From a virus (lineage: Duplodnaviria; Caudoviricetes), in the IMG/VR virus record IMGVR_UViG_3300021121_000001, positions 1 to 64,000 of that record: a DNA stretch of 64,000 nt; one strand, 5' to 3'. Each line of letters starts with the position of its first letter. Position 1 is the first letter of the stretch. The notes below the pieces were generated by a model that had not been told where the DNA came from, ran no database searches, and was given only the letters and a program-made list of their open reading frames with translations. The position numbers and the translations under genes are program-made. This document shows positions 1-11,500 of the stretch, piece after piece.

Positions 1-3000
1 ATATATCATTTATCTCTTGTGTTATTTGTTGTCTTTCTTCATAGAATTTTTGAGAAATTACACTTCTTGTATTTTCATTATTCCATATTTCCATTTCTTT
101 AAGATATTCTGAAGATCCTTCCGGGAAGTTTTTATTGGAAATAATATATTCTGAATATCTCTGTTTTGCTTTTTCAAATGCAGCAATATTATCTTTATAT
201 TCAAAGAATTTATTATTTAACTCTCTAATTTCTTTCATTTTGAGAGCTTCTTCTAATTCTTCTCCTGTTTTAGATTCTCCATCTAATTGTACTACAGAAC
301 CCAAAAGTTTATATTCTTTTAATAAACCATTTATTTGTTCTACTTCTTCATCTGTTAATTCTGTACCAAGAGCCAATGATACAGATTGTATATGTTTTAT
401 TTCATCAAAGATCTTATCCACTTTAACTTTAAGTCTTTGTCCGGCAGCATCATTCCAAAGTTCATATTTTTTATAAAATTCCGGAATGAACTCCTGATGC
501 ATATAATCAAGTTTCCATTGTGCAAACTCTTTTTTTAAATCTAAAAGTTTTTTACTATTTTCATCAACATCCACTCCATCTCTAATAAGTTCTTTAAGTT
601 GATTTATACCATTTAAAAATAATTGTTCATCTTTTTGATACCCTATAAATTTATTTAAAATACTAACTACCTTATAAGGATTTCCTTCCCAGTCAATTCT
701 TTCATCCTCAAATGTTAATTCTTTCCCAATATCTTCCGGATTGAATCTTTTTCCTAATTTGTCATACATTGGAGCTATCTCATTTTCATAATCTCTTTCA
801 GTATGTTCAACTTCTACATTTACATCTTGGATGTTATTTTTAAGCCATATTGCAAAAGACCCTACAATTGGATCTGGACTATCTGAAAAAGCATCTACAA
901 GATAACCTATTTTACTTGTGTCTCCTCTTTCTCCTTTAAGGAAAGCTGCAATATTTTCATCAATTGCAAAATCATAATCCTGCAATTTTTCTTGAAACTG
1001 TTCAGCTATTTTTGTATACTGCTTTTTATTTTCTGGATTAGTGGTTTTATTTGCTAAATTGGTATAATGATCAACCTTTTCCTGAAGTAGTTTAGTTAAT
1101 TTAGCTGAAGCAGGGGCAAGAAGAGGTTTAAATGCTTCTACAAGTCCCAATACATCATTTTTAATAATATTGTCATCAATGCTTTGTATTTTTCCAAGAA
1201 TACTATTTATAGCTTTTACAGTTTTTGGATTTTCTGAAAATGTAACTTTTGCATCCTGTAAAAATAATTGCCAGTCATTTAATGTATATAGATAATATTG
1301 TAAAGTTGTAATGTTCTCTAATGCCTTATTTTTATTTGCCATAATGTCCTGAACATCTTCTTTTATCAGATCTACAAGTTGGTCTGTTTGAACAATACCT
1401 AATGCAATTCCTCTTATTTTTCTTGCAATACCTTCTACATCTGCCTCTGCTTTAGAAGCTGCTTTTAAAAGGTCTTCTATTGTTTCATATTTATTTACCC
1501 CTTCTGAATTTTTAAAAAGCTCTTTTAATCTTGAATAATTTCTATTTTTTATCAGTTTTTGAAGCCTTGACCTTGTTATATTAAAAAATTCATCAATTGT
1601 TTTAATAATATCATTATCATTAGCATTTCTTAATTCATCTGTTATCTTTTCTATTTCTTCTTTAATTTCATCCTGTGTTACAGATTGTAATGCTTCTCCA
1701 TTGTCGTTATAAAAATCTTGTTCAACATCTTCATACTTTGATCTTTCATATCCCATTTCAACTATCTGAGTACCAAGAGAAAATACATCATCCAGTAATG
1801 TTTTTTCTTTTGTACTAAGTCCTAAAACTTTATAAAAAAAGTTTTTAAGGGCTTGAAATACGTCTTCCCAAAGATTTTTATTTCCTGTATTTAAAGAAGG
1901 TTTGCTTTTAAGCAATGCAATAAATTTAGAATCTGTAAAAACTCCTGTTAGAAATTCATGTTCATCTGAAAGAGCATAATACTTAATTTCTTCCTCATTC
2001 ATTAAATTTTTAACTTTGTTAAATAAATCCTTCCAATCTTTTGATATTTCTGAATCACTATTAATAAGATGAAGACTTAAAGCATGGAGCACTTCATGAA
2101 GAACTAAAGACTCAAATTTAACAGTTGGTTTATCACTTAAAACAATTTGATTTGTTGCAGGATGATAAAACCCTAAACTATTATCTGAATTTACAATTTC
2201 TCCATTTTTACCTCTTACATTATTATCAACTATATATTTTTTAAATTCCTGATCTGTAAGATATAAAACATTAACATTGTTAAAATTTATAGAAAGCAGT
2301 TTTTTAGCAAGTTCTGCCAAATACCCTTTACCTTCTGCTATTTTTTTCAGCAGTTCTTCAGATTTAACTGATTTTTCATCCCCAAATAATCTACTAACCT
2401 GTCTCTGGTGCTCTACATTGATATTTTTGGCTTTATCTATCTCTCCTTTTTCTGTAGATGTAAAAATTTCTTTGGCTTTATTGTTCCATTCTCCATTTGT
2501 TTCATTAAATGCCTTAAAAAGTCTCATTACTTTAGAAGAAGTGATGATTGCAACTTTATCTTTTGTTTGTTTATAATCTTTTATCTCTTTCCATGCTTCT
2601 AATGCTCTTGTTCTGAATTCTTTAAAAGTTTCAGCTCCGGGAAAAGGTTTTTCATCTTCATTATTTACATAATATTCTTCATCAAAATCAGAAACAGGTT
2701 GATTCAATTCTGCTTCTCCAAGTCCCCATGTTTTGAGATTGTCTCTGTATTCTGTAGGGATTTCTGTTGTTTCTGCTGTTTCTGCAACTCTTGCAACTGG
2801 AGAACTCCATATTTGTGTAACTCCTTCCTGCTGTAAAAGATTAGAAAGATTATTTGCTTGCTCCCTTCCTTCAGCAGTGAGTTCTGTTTTTTTCTGTCCA
2901 TTTATAACCTGTTCTGCGCTTGCATTATCTTCTCCATGCTCATATGTAATAACTTCCCCTACTTTTACAGGGTTCATTTTAGGAGCAATATTTTCTTTAG

Positions 3001-5509
3001 AAGCAACACTTTGGAGTGCGGCTTTTCCTAAATCTCTAAACTTTCCTTGGTTTAGGTCTCTGATAAATTGCTCTATTTTAGATTTATTTTTAAATATATC
3101 CGATAGCCAATTTTTTAACTTTTGTAGAAACTCCCCAATTTTAGATTTAGGCACAAATTGATCTGGAGATCTTTCAATCTGTTCCATTATTTTCTCTTCA
3201 ATGGCTAAATCTCCACTGTAATTTAAATTAGGAGCTTGCAGTTTTATAGTTGATGCCAGTTCTGGTTTTAATTCAAGTTTAAACCATTCATTTCCATATT
3301 CATCTGTTATTCTTTCTATATTTTCTTTACCATAAATTTTATCTAAAGAATTTTTTACTCTGGTTTCATAGAAATCATATATAGGTTTTAAAGCTCCAAA
3401 TCCCTCTTTTTCTACTCTTTTAAGTTCTTCTTGAAGAGTTTTTACTTCATTTTCTAAGTGCTCTATATCAAAATTTACATCTTTAATTTTAGTAAGTTCA
3501 TATTTTCTATCTACTGTACCATCCTTAATAGATTCTATTCTTTTATTTAAAAATTCAATCCTATCTTCTTTTTGTCTTTTAAACTCTTCTAAAGTTTGAT
3601 GACCTTCTACTTTACTAGCTGTATCACCTGTAGGAAATAAAACACTTTCATATCCTTTTTTAACACTATCTTGTATAATAGATTTAATAAAGAATGGAAT
3701 CCAATTTCCATCTTTATTTAGAAGTTGTAGAAAGTTATTAGAAGTAGTTGAATATTTTAATCCAATTTCATGCTCTTTTTTAGTAATCAATCCAGCTCTA
3801 AAGTCAGCATCTAATATTCTTTCATTATCATCAATACTTTCATGGTTTACTAAATCAACCCTATCTCTACCTTTTTGAAATAAATCAGATTGTACTTCTA
3901 ATATTCTACGAGTTTTAGTATTATTATAAACAGATATATTAGCTTTTCTCTTAGCTTCATAATATTCATCAGAAGATATTTCTTTACCATTTTTATAATT
4001 AGTATCCCAAAATTCAATAGGAACACCTACTTCTGGTCTTGATACTTGATTATATTTATCATTACCGATAGTAAAACTTTCATCTATTCTGTCATACTCC
4101 CCATTAGCTTCTACTCTATCTGAATCATTCAAAGAGGATTGCCCCCCATGAGTTCTATCATCACTTCTAAACCATCCAATTCCATTATCTGTTGAGAATT
4201 GAGCATGACCTTTTATACTAGGAGTAATATTAGGAACAGCTATTTCATTTTCAGTGTAATTAGTTCCTCCTGCTACTGTTAGATTTGAATAATAAGAGGT
4301 ATTTTTTTCAGGATTTTGTTTAGATAATTTGTAAGCTTCATCATATTCTATAGGAGAAATTTCTTCTCCATTTTTTAAAAAAAGTTTCCTATCAGGTTCT
4401 GCTCCTATGCTATAATTATCATTGTTGTACTGAAAATTTTCTTCATCTGAAATTTCATTCCATAATTCTGGATTTGCGTAATTTGTTTTAGCAACATTAA
4501 TCTTAACACTATAACTTAAATCAGCTAATACTCCTGTAATAATGTCACTAATAGTTTTAGGCTTATTTTCACTAGCCCAATCAAGAATGATTTGCTTTTG
4601 ATCTTTTGGTATTTGAAGTTCTGAAAGAGTTTTGTCTAAAGACCAACCGGCTTTTTTAGCCTTTTCCCAAACTTGTTGGGCTTTTGGTGTATTTAGAATA
4701 TCTATAGCTTTAAGTGTATAATCTATAGTATTTTGATCTTTCTTTGAAAACTTAGTAGTGACTTTTGATTCTCCTCTGGGAATATTAAAAAGCTTAGAGC
4801 CCTCATTTAACAAAGCTTCTTGCTGTTCTTTAGGAAGGTATTTAAAGGCAAGATGCCCAAATTCATGTTTTACTGTTCCTTTATCTGCAAACTGTTCTGA
4901 AAAAGTTATTAAGTCAGATAGAGTATTAAATGATCCACGAGCTATCCCTTGAATAAGACCTTTTTGAAACTCTGGGGAGAAATTAGGAAAAGTGTTTTTT
5001 GCCCAAGTAAGTCCTTCTTCTAAAGAATTTATTTGAGTGTTCTCAGGACTCTCTATTTGAAATAATGTAAGATTTTGATTAGGTTTACTTGAAGTTTTTT
5101 TGGGTGTATACTTAGGTCTTTCATAACTTACCTCTTCCCCAAGATTTTCTTTTTGTTCTTTTTGTACTCTTTTTTCAGCATCTAGTTGTTCTTTGGTTTT
5201 AGGTTCTTCTAAACCTTTAGCCTTTCTTCGCAGTTGTCTGTTTATAGCATCAAGTTTTTTAAAAGCTTCTTTATTGTACATCATTTTTGTACCTGTGCCT
5301 ATTTCCTGTATAAGATTTGTTTCAAATTTTCCTTTAAACAAAGCTTGATAATTTAACCAATGTTTAATGTCTATAAACTTTGGATAATTTTCACTTATAA
5401 TGTTGTTATATTTATCAACAACATTATAAGCAATAAGCATATTTTTAGTAGACTTTAAAGCATTTGTTTTAATTTTCTTATACTTTATATTACAATCCGG
5501 TTTAAACAT
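1..5509 (-). CDS. Giant virion cargo (ejected) polyvalent protein, 3'-truncated at window edge (>1836 aa): split zincin, EVQSD-motif domain, degenerate histidine phosphatase, second zincin, helical region
   Basis: Absent from the ORF track because there is no stop before base 1. ATG at 5509 (MFKPDCNIKY) lies 16 nt after the RNAP stop and reads open to ...TQEINDI. HEFGH 4853-4867; RILEVQSDLFQ ~3875-3910; EHGE/SSPVAR/GAETF His-phosphatase motifs ~2505-2960; HEVLH 2084-2098 with HEF 1952-1960. Confidence 0.9.
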   Translation of the reverse strand, partial: MFKPDCNIKYKKIKTNALKSTKNMLIAYNVVDKYNNIISENYPKFIDIKHWLNYQALFKGKFETNLIQEIGTGTKMMYNKEAFKKLDAINRQLRRKAKGLEEPKTKEQLDAEKRVQKEQKENLGEEVSYERPKYTPKKTSSKPNQNLTLFQIESPENTQINSLEEGLTWAKNTFPNFSPEFQKGLIQGIARGSFNTLSDLITFSEQFADKGTVKHEFGHLAFKYLPKEQQEALLNEGSKLFNIPRGESKVTTKFSKKDQNTIDYTLKAIDILNTPKAQQVWEKAKKAGWSLDKTLSELQIPKDQKQIILDWASENKPKTISDIITGVLADLSYSVKINVAKTNYANPELWNEISDEENFQYNNDNYSIGAEPDRKLFLKNGEEISPIEYDEAYKLSKQNPEKNTSYYSNLTVAGGTNYTENEIAVPNITPSIKGHAQFSTDNGIGWFRSDDRTHGGQSSLNDSDRVEANGEYDRIDESFTIGNDKYNQVSRPEVGVPIEFWDTNYKNGKEISSDEYYEAKRKANISVYNNTKTRRILEVQSDLFQKGRDRVDLVNHESIDDNERILDADFRAGLITKKEHEIGLKYSTTSNNFLQLLNKDGNWIPFFIKSIIQDSVKKGYESVLFPTGDTASKVEGHQTLEEFKRQKEDRIEFLNKRIESIKDGTVDRKYELTKIKDVNFDIEHLENEVKTLQEELKRVEKEGFGALKPIYDFYETRVKNSLDKIYGKENIERITDEYGNEWFKLELKPELASTIKLQAPNLNYSGDLAIEEKIMEQIERSPDQFVPKSKIGEFLQKLKNWLSDIFKNKSKIEQFIRDLNQGKFRDLGKAALQSVASKENIAPKMNPVKVGEVITYEHGEDNASAEQVINGQKKTELTAEGREQANNLSNLLQQEGVTQIWSSPVARVAETAETTEIPTEYRDNLKTWGLGEAELNQPVSDFDEEYYVNNEDEKPFPGAETFKEFRTRALEAWKEIKDYKQTKDKVAIITSSKVMRLFKAFNETNGEWNNKAKEIFTSTEKGEIDKAKNINVEHQRQVSRLFGDEKSVKSEELLKKIAEGKGYLAELAKKLLSINFNNVNVLYLTDQEFKKYIVDNNVRGKNGEIVNSDNSLGFYHPATNQIVLSDKPTVKFESLVLHEVLHALSLHLINSDSEISKDWKDLFNKVKNLMNEEEIKYYALSDEHEFLTGVFTDSKFIALLKSKPSLNTGNKNLWEDVFQALKNFFYKVLGLSTKEKTLLDDVFSLGTQIVEMGYERSKYEDVEQDFYNDNGEALQSVTQDEIKEEIEKITDELRNANDNDIIKTIDEFFNITRSRLQKLIKNRNYSRLKELFKNSEGVNKYETIEDLLKAASKAEADVEGIARKIRGIALGIVQTDQLVDLIKEDVQDIMANKNKALENITTLQYYLYTLNDWQLFLQDAKVTFSENPKTVKAINSILGKIQSIDDNIIKNDVLGLVEAFKPLLAPASAKLTKLLQEKVDHYTNLANKTTNPENKKQYTKIAEQFQEKLQDYDFAIDENIAAFLKGERGDTSKIGYLVDAFSDSPDPIVGSFAIWLKNNIQDVNVEVEHTERDYENEIAPMYDKLGKRFNPEDIGKELTFEDERIDWEGNPYKVVSILNKFIGYQKDEQLFLNGINQLKELIRDGVDVDENSKKLLDLKKEFAQWKLDYMHQEFIPEFYKKYELWNDAAGQRLKVKVDKIFDEIKHIQSVSLALGTELTDEEVEQINGLLKEYKLLGSVVQLDGESKTGEELEEALKMKEIRELNNKFFEYKDNIAAFEKAKQRYSEYIISNKNFPEGSSEYLKEMEIWNNENTRSVISQKFYEERQQITQEINDI

Positions 5510-5525
5510 ATTTATTTATTTTTTA

Positions 5526-8500
5526 TTAGAAAGGAACATCACATCCCTTTGCTTCTTCTGTATCTTCTTCTTCAGGTGAATTAATATTATCTGATATACT
5601 TTGTTCGGTTACAGGTAAAGATAAACCAAATTTTTCATTTAAGCTAGTGGCAAGCCAGTTATATGTAATAGGAGCATTCTCTTTAAGATTTGATCCTTCA
5701 AACATATTATCCGGAAATACAATTTTGTCATATTTTTTAGACAGTTGCTCAACCATTTTTATATATTGCTCTGCATCTGATTGATTTTGCAGAAAATCCT
5801 CATCTTTTAAAGAAACTTCTTTAGAAATCATTACAGGAATACCCACAACATTTTCCTGATTTTCTCTTGCAAATCCAGAACCTTTTTTAACAAGGGAGAT
5901 TTTTGCTGAATTTTGTGTAATTGCACGATTTTGGGAATCACCAAAAACATAAAGAACATTAGGATTTTCTGTTGCTTCATTTGCTTTAAATTCTGAAACA
6001 ACAGATGTTTTGTTTTTTAATTTCTCTATTTCCTGTAATTTTACATTGTCAAAAAGATCAAGTTCAGCATCTACATAGTTTTTATATCTGTATGGTTCAT
6101 TTTGATTAAATGTTATTTTTGGATTGTCATAATCGTCATATTGTTGAGTGTAAAATTTAGGGTTGTTATATCTAAATCTTGCATTGAATCTTGTTAGGAT
6201 TTTTTGTGTTCTGTCTGGATCTTTATCGAATATTTCTTTGGTTTTATCAATAATCTCCTGCATTTTTCCTGCAAAATACTCTTGTGGAATGAATTTAGCA
6301 AGATAGAATGGAGTTTTATTTAATCCTGACTGAACAAAAGAAAAATAAGCAAGATTTTCTGCAAAGTTTTTAATTCTTGCTTGCTGATCAGGGGTGTAGC
6401 TAGGGTCATTAAATTCAAGAAGTTTCTTAAAATCTTCACTCATTATATCTGAATTGTCTTTATCAAGCTTGTCAAATTTAAGCTTGATATTAACTTTTTC
6501 AGGTCTGTCTGCTGTATTTAATCTTAAAGAATTATCTTTAACTAAATATTGAAGGAATAGATTATTTTCTGTAAGATTGGGAAAATCTCTCTTAAGCTGT
6601 TCCATATCATGAGCTAATGCAGTTTTATATTGCATTTGCTGGTATACTTTTGTAGCTACGAGATTATTACTTTCATCAAAAACATTATTATCATATAAAA
6701 ATAAAACAAAATCGTTCTTGAAAGTTCTTAGCCAAAGATCAAAATTGTCTTGATTTTTGTCATCGAAAGAAATAAAGTTGGCACTTTCAGGTTTTGACCA
6801 TTCAGAAAATATAAAACTATTAAATTTAGGATGGTTTGTTACATCAAATAACTTTGTAGAAAGTTGCTGAATAAAAGTATCCATACCTTTGCTATCATTT
6901 GTAAAAGCAGCAATTGTGCTTTCATTTGCCATTTTTTTAACAAGATCAATAGGAAAAAGATTATGCATCTCTGTATTATTCCTTTCAGCTTTTCTTGATT
7001 TAGAATATTGAAATGAAGAAGCTTTAGTAGTGTCATTATTCAATGTTCTTCTCATTTGACTGAATAACTTTGTTTGTTCTTCAAGTTCAAGATACTGAAT
7101 GAGATATAATGCCTGGGCAAGTTTTTCTTTATCTGTTTTAGGGATTTCTATTTTTCCATCTTTAGGAATTGAAAATCTATCATAATCAAATTTAGTAGAA
7201 TCAAACAATTCTTCATTTTCATCTGCCAATTCCCTCATTTGATTATTTAAAAATCCATAAAAGAAAGGAGTTTCATCATATTTTTCATTAAGGCTTTGCT
7301 TTACATTTATTTTATTTGGTTTATTTTTAAAGTAAACCGTCATTTCAAGATTATCCGGAATATATTTATTTAACACTTCATAAATTGCTTTCTTTTTAGC
7401 ATCTTTATAAGCCTCTCTGTTAATTGCTTTTACAAGAGGATTCTTGTAATTATTTAAAGTTTTTATATATTCGTAAAGAATTGGTTGATTGAAAAATGAA
7501 ACTACATCATCTTTATGAGTTCCCTGCATTAAATGAAATAACATTACAGGGGCAAATTCTTTTCTTCCGTTTATATAAAAGATCCAATCTTTTTTAGCAA
7601 CATCCACCCAACCATTCATTAGTTGTGAAAATGATTCGGATATTTTATATTTTCCTTTTCCTGGTTTTTCTACAGAATAAATCCCTGAAACAGATATATT
7701 ACCATTTGAGTTTTTATTATGATCAAATCTGTTTCTTACATTTCTTTCTTTGCCTCCACTGCTAACATAAGTTTTATTAAGATATAAACCTACTTGTTGC
7801 ATCATTGGAAAGAATTTATTTGCAATTGCTCCAATTCCCAATGCATCTTTACCAACAAAATTAGATTCATGCTGGTTCAAAGATTCTGTAACGGTATAAT
7901 TATCAGAATATCCAGGTTTCTCTTTTTGAAGAGCTGCTTTTCTTTCATCTGCCACATCTTCAAACATATATGTAGCATTTGGAAGAACAAGACTTGAGAA
8001 ATTTTTAGGATCTTCAAGCACTTCTCTTGCTACACTTATTGCTTTATTTTGAGCATATTTTTCTTTAAAGCTATTATAAAACGCATCTTTAGATCCGTCC
8101 TCTTCTGTATAAAGTTCCTTAATTTCTTTATCTGATAGATTTCCTATAGGTTTTACATTTCCTTTTTTATCTATATAAATATGAGGGAAGTTAGAAGTGA
8201 TTTTATCCCAGTCAAAGTCACCTCCTGATTTTGCAACAAGTGCCGGAGACACTGCTATTATACTACCTGCTTGAGTAGGGAAAAATTCATGAACCTCCAT
8301 AAATTCCATAGAATTTAATCCTTGTACAGGAATTCTCACTCCTGTAAATGTTATCATTTCTCTATTTTTTCCTTTATCCAGCCAGCTTTCATCAGAAATA
8401 AGAGTGTTTAGAGCAGTGAGTCTTGGATCCTGTGTAAGATTTTTAGCTTTATTTATAATATCTTCTGTTTTAGAAAGACTTATTACATCTGGATGCTCTA

Positions 8501-11500
8501 AAAGTTTTTTGAAGTCTCCTTGCAATGATATTTTTACTTTATGTGCTGATGTCACTTTATCTCCATTAGCTAAAGTTCTTCCTTTGTCTTGATAAAAAGG
8601 AAGTGTGTCATCTACCGATGTTTCAAATCCTGTAGCAGAAACTTGAATAAGGGCTTCTCCATAAACATTTTGCTTTCTAAGTCTATTATCAATAATTGAA
8701 AGAATAGTGTTTTCAATTTCATCTCTTGCTATTGTAGCATCAAATTTGAATTTGAATTTACCATTTTCATTTTGAATACTTTTAATGATATTAAAAGGCA
8801 AATCTTTATTTTCAAATTCTTTTTCAAGAATACTGGAAAGTGCTGATTGGTCTATTGTATAACTATCAGATTCAGAATTATAAACAGCTTTTAGTTGTTT
8901 AAGTAGGTTTTCCTTTCTTATGGAAACTATATTGTCAATAGCATCTCTGAATTCTACAGCTCTTCTATAAAAAGGAGATTGTTTTTTCTTTTCATCTTCT
9001 GATAAAGAATCCCAGTTATTTTTTGTATAATCTATAGGTTTTCCATTATTGAAAATGTTTGAAAAGAGCAATGTTCTAAATTGTGTTGAAAATCTGCTTT
9101 CTTCTTTATAATGATCAGGGGAATTTACAACCTCATAAAAATATTCCACTGGAACTGGATTTATAGTGTAATCTCCTGTATATGGTTTTCCGTCTTTATC
9201 ATAAAAAGAATTGTATTCTCCATCACTTGTAATAGCGGAATGTTTAGAACCAGAAGAAAATAACATCAAATGAACATTTTGTCTAAGCATATTATCTTTT
9301 ATAGATTCATATACTTTTCCTTTTACAGTTGTTCCAAGAAGAGGAGTGATAGCAAATTTGTAATCTATAGGAATAAATATCTTTTTATTTTCGTCATATG
9401 TTCTTCCTGCCACCCTGAATTTAAGAGGAGCAAAAAACAAATAAGCATTTGTTTCATCTTCTTTAGAAAGTTCCTCTCCTCTGGCTATTTTTTGATACAG
9501 CTTTTCAGATTCATCTGACCAAGATTCTTCACCAATCCTAAGTTTGAGATTTCTGTAAAAATCAAAAGTACAAACTCCCATTGCATCTGTAATTTTAATA
9601 TCTTTTAAAGCTTCTTTTACAGCATCTATCTCTACATTTGGAGAATTTTTTAGATGTTCTAAAAGAGCATCAAGATAATCTGTAGGTGTAATTTTTACAT
9701 CTTTTACAATTACAGAATTAACAATTCCTTCCTCTACATATGGTTTTGAAGGAGAATCTGGATTGTTTTTATCATAATTAGCCTTTTCAGCAAAAGAATT
9801 AGATTCAGGATTGTTAAAAAAGTTATTTATCTGGGTGTCATTTAAAGGAATTATTCCAGTGGAAGAAGCTTTACTATAGCGTTTGAATGGCTCTCTGTAA
9901 TTTTCTTTTGGACTTCCTTGTTTTACATCATAAAATCTCTGATCTTGGAAAATAAGTCTTTCATGTTCAGAATTTATTATCCATGAGTTCATAGACATTG
10001 CTCTGATCATTTGTTCTTTTGAATAATTATTCAAAAGTCTTTCAGGGAATATATCATTTTCTTTAACTATTGGGTTCTCGTCTATTTCATCTAATATTTT
10101 TTGACTGTCTTTCTTGAAGTATTCAAGCAGATCTTTAGATATTTCTGCTTTATTTTTATCTATAAGAGCTTTAACATCAATAGGTTTTTCAGAATGTGCC
10201 TCAGAAAGAGCTTCTTTGGTTTCTTTTGAAAATATTTTATCAAATTTACCAAATGGAGAAGCTTTTATATTTTTTACAATATTTGCAGCATTTGAATATG
10301 TATTATTGGCAGTTTGGTCATTTGTTATTTGAAGCGTTGAAATTATAGAGTTTCTGAATATCAGCCATGCTTGCTCTGAAAGAATGTCTGGATTTTGAAA
10401 ATTATTTATATCTACAGGTATATGTTTATCTGATTTAACTACATTTTTTACAAGAGAAGGATATGTAACTAATGTTCCTCTGGATGTAGATTTATCCCCA
10501 TAACGTAAATGTTGCTTTTCACCTGTAGTTAGGAGAGAAGGAATATCTACAATCAATGCCATAAACCTTGATAGTTTTGAGGTTTTAATACCTTCTCTTT
10601 CTGATCTATTTCCTTTGTCGTTTGATATTCTTATACCTCCTTGATCAAATAATTCAAGAGTTATTTCTTTTTTTCCTTTTCCAACTCTTCTTTTTCCATA
10701 AGAAGGATCAGATTTAGGTACATCTAAAATAAATAATGCATTTACGAATATGTTGTTTGCATCTGGATTTAAAGATATATCAAAATATGCCCCATTTGGA
10801 TCAGAAATAAGGTGCTGATATGTAGGGAATTTAGAAATATCATTAAGCAAAGAATAATCCTGAGACTGTAAAGACCAGTTTTTATGCAACCATTGACTAT
10901 TTCCTTCTGCATTGGTTACACTATCTGAATGATATTTTTCTGAATTGCGTAATTCCAATTCTATAAAATTATCAAAAACCTCCTTAAGTCCTGTAAATAA
11001 TGGTTTGCCATCTACATAAATAGATGTAGAAAGTGCATCTAATGTAGAAGTAAAAGGCTTTGACAGTCTTGCCATTTGAACAGGAGAAGGAATTAGATTA
11101 TTTGGATATTTTTTATCCATTAAATCTTTATACTCTACAATTTTATTATAAATATTCTTTAGAGTTTTATTTTCCTGATTTAAAATAGAGGTCATTTCAG
11201 GAGAATCTAAAGTGGCTTGAGAGAAAGTGAAACCTAAAGCATTTAAAAAATTCAAGGAGTCTGATTTTGTCAATCCTTTAAAATCTTTTATTAATTTTTC
11301 TAAGTTTACAACATATTGACCAGACTCATCTTTTTCCCTGTATGGATTTGATATTTCCTGAATTGCAAGATTCCAATCTTGTTTAAGCTGTGCAAATGTT
11401 ATTGGTTCTGCATTTCTTGATTGTATATTTACTCTTCCGGCACTATATTCAAAAGAAGTAGATTTATAATTTATAATTGGTTTAGAAAGAGCATTTATGA

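Noticed and set aside
1-5525. Apparent 5.5-kb gene-free region or pseudogene
   Set aside because: It is one open minus-strand frame from 5509 that runs off the window edge.
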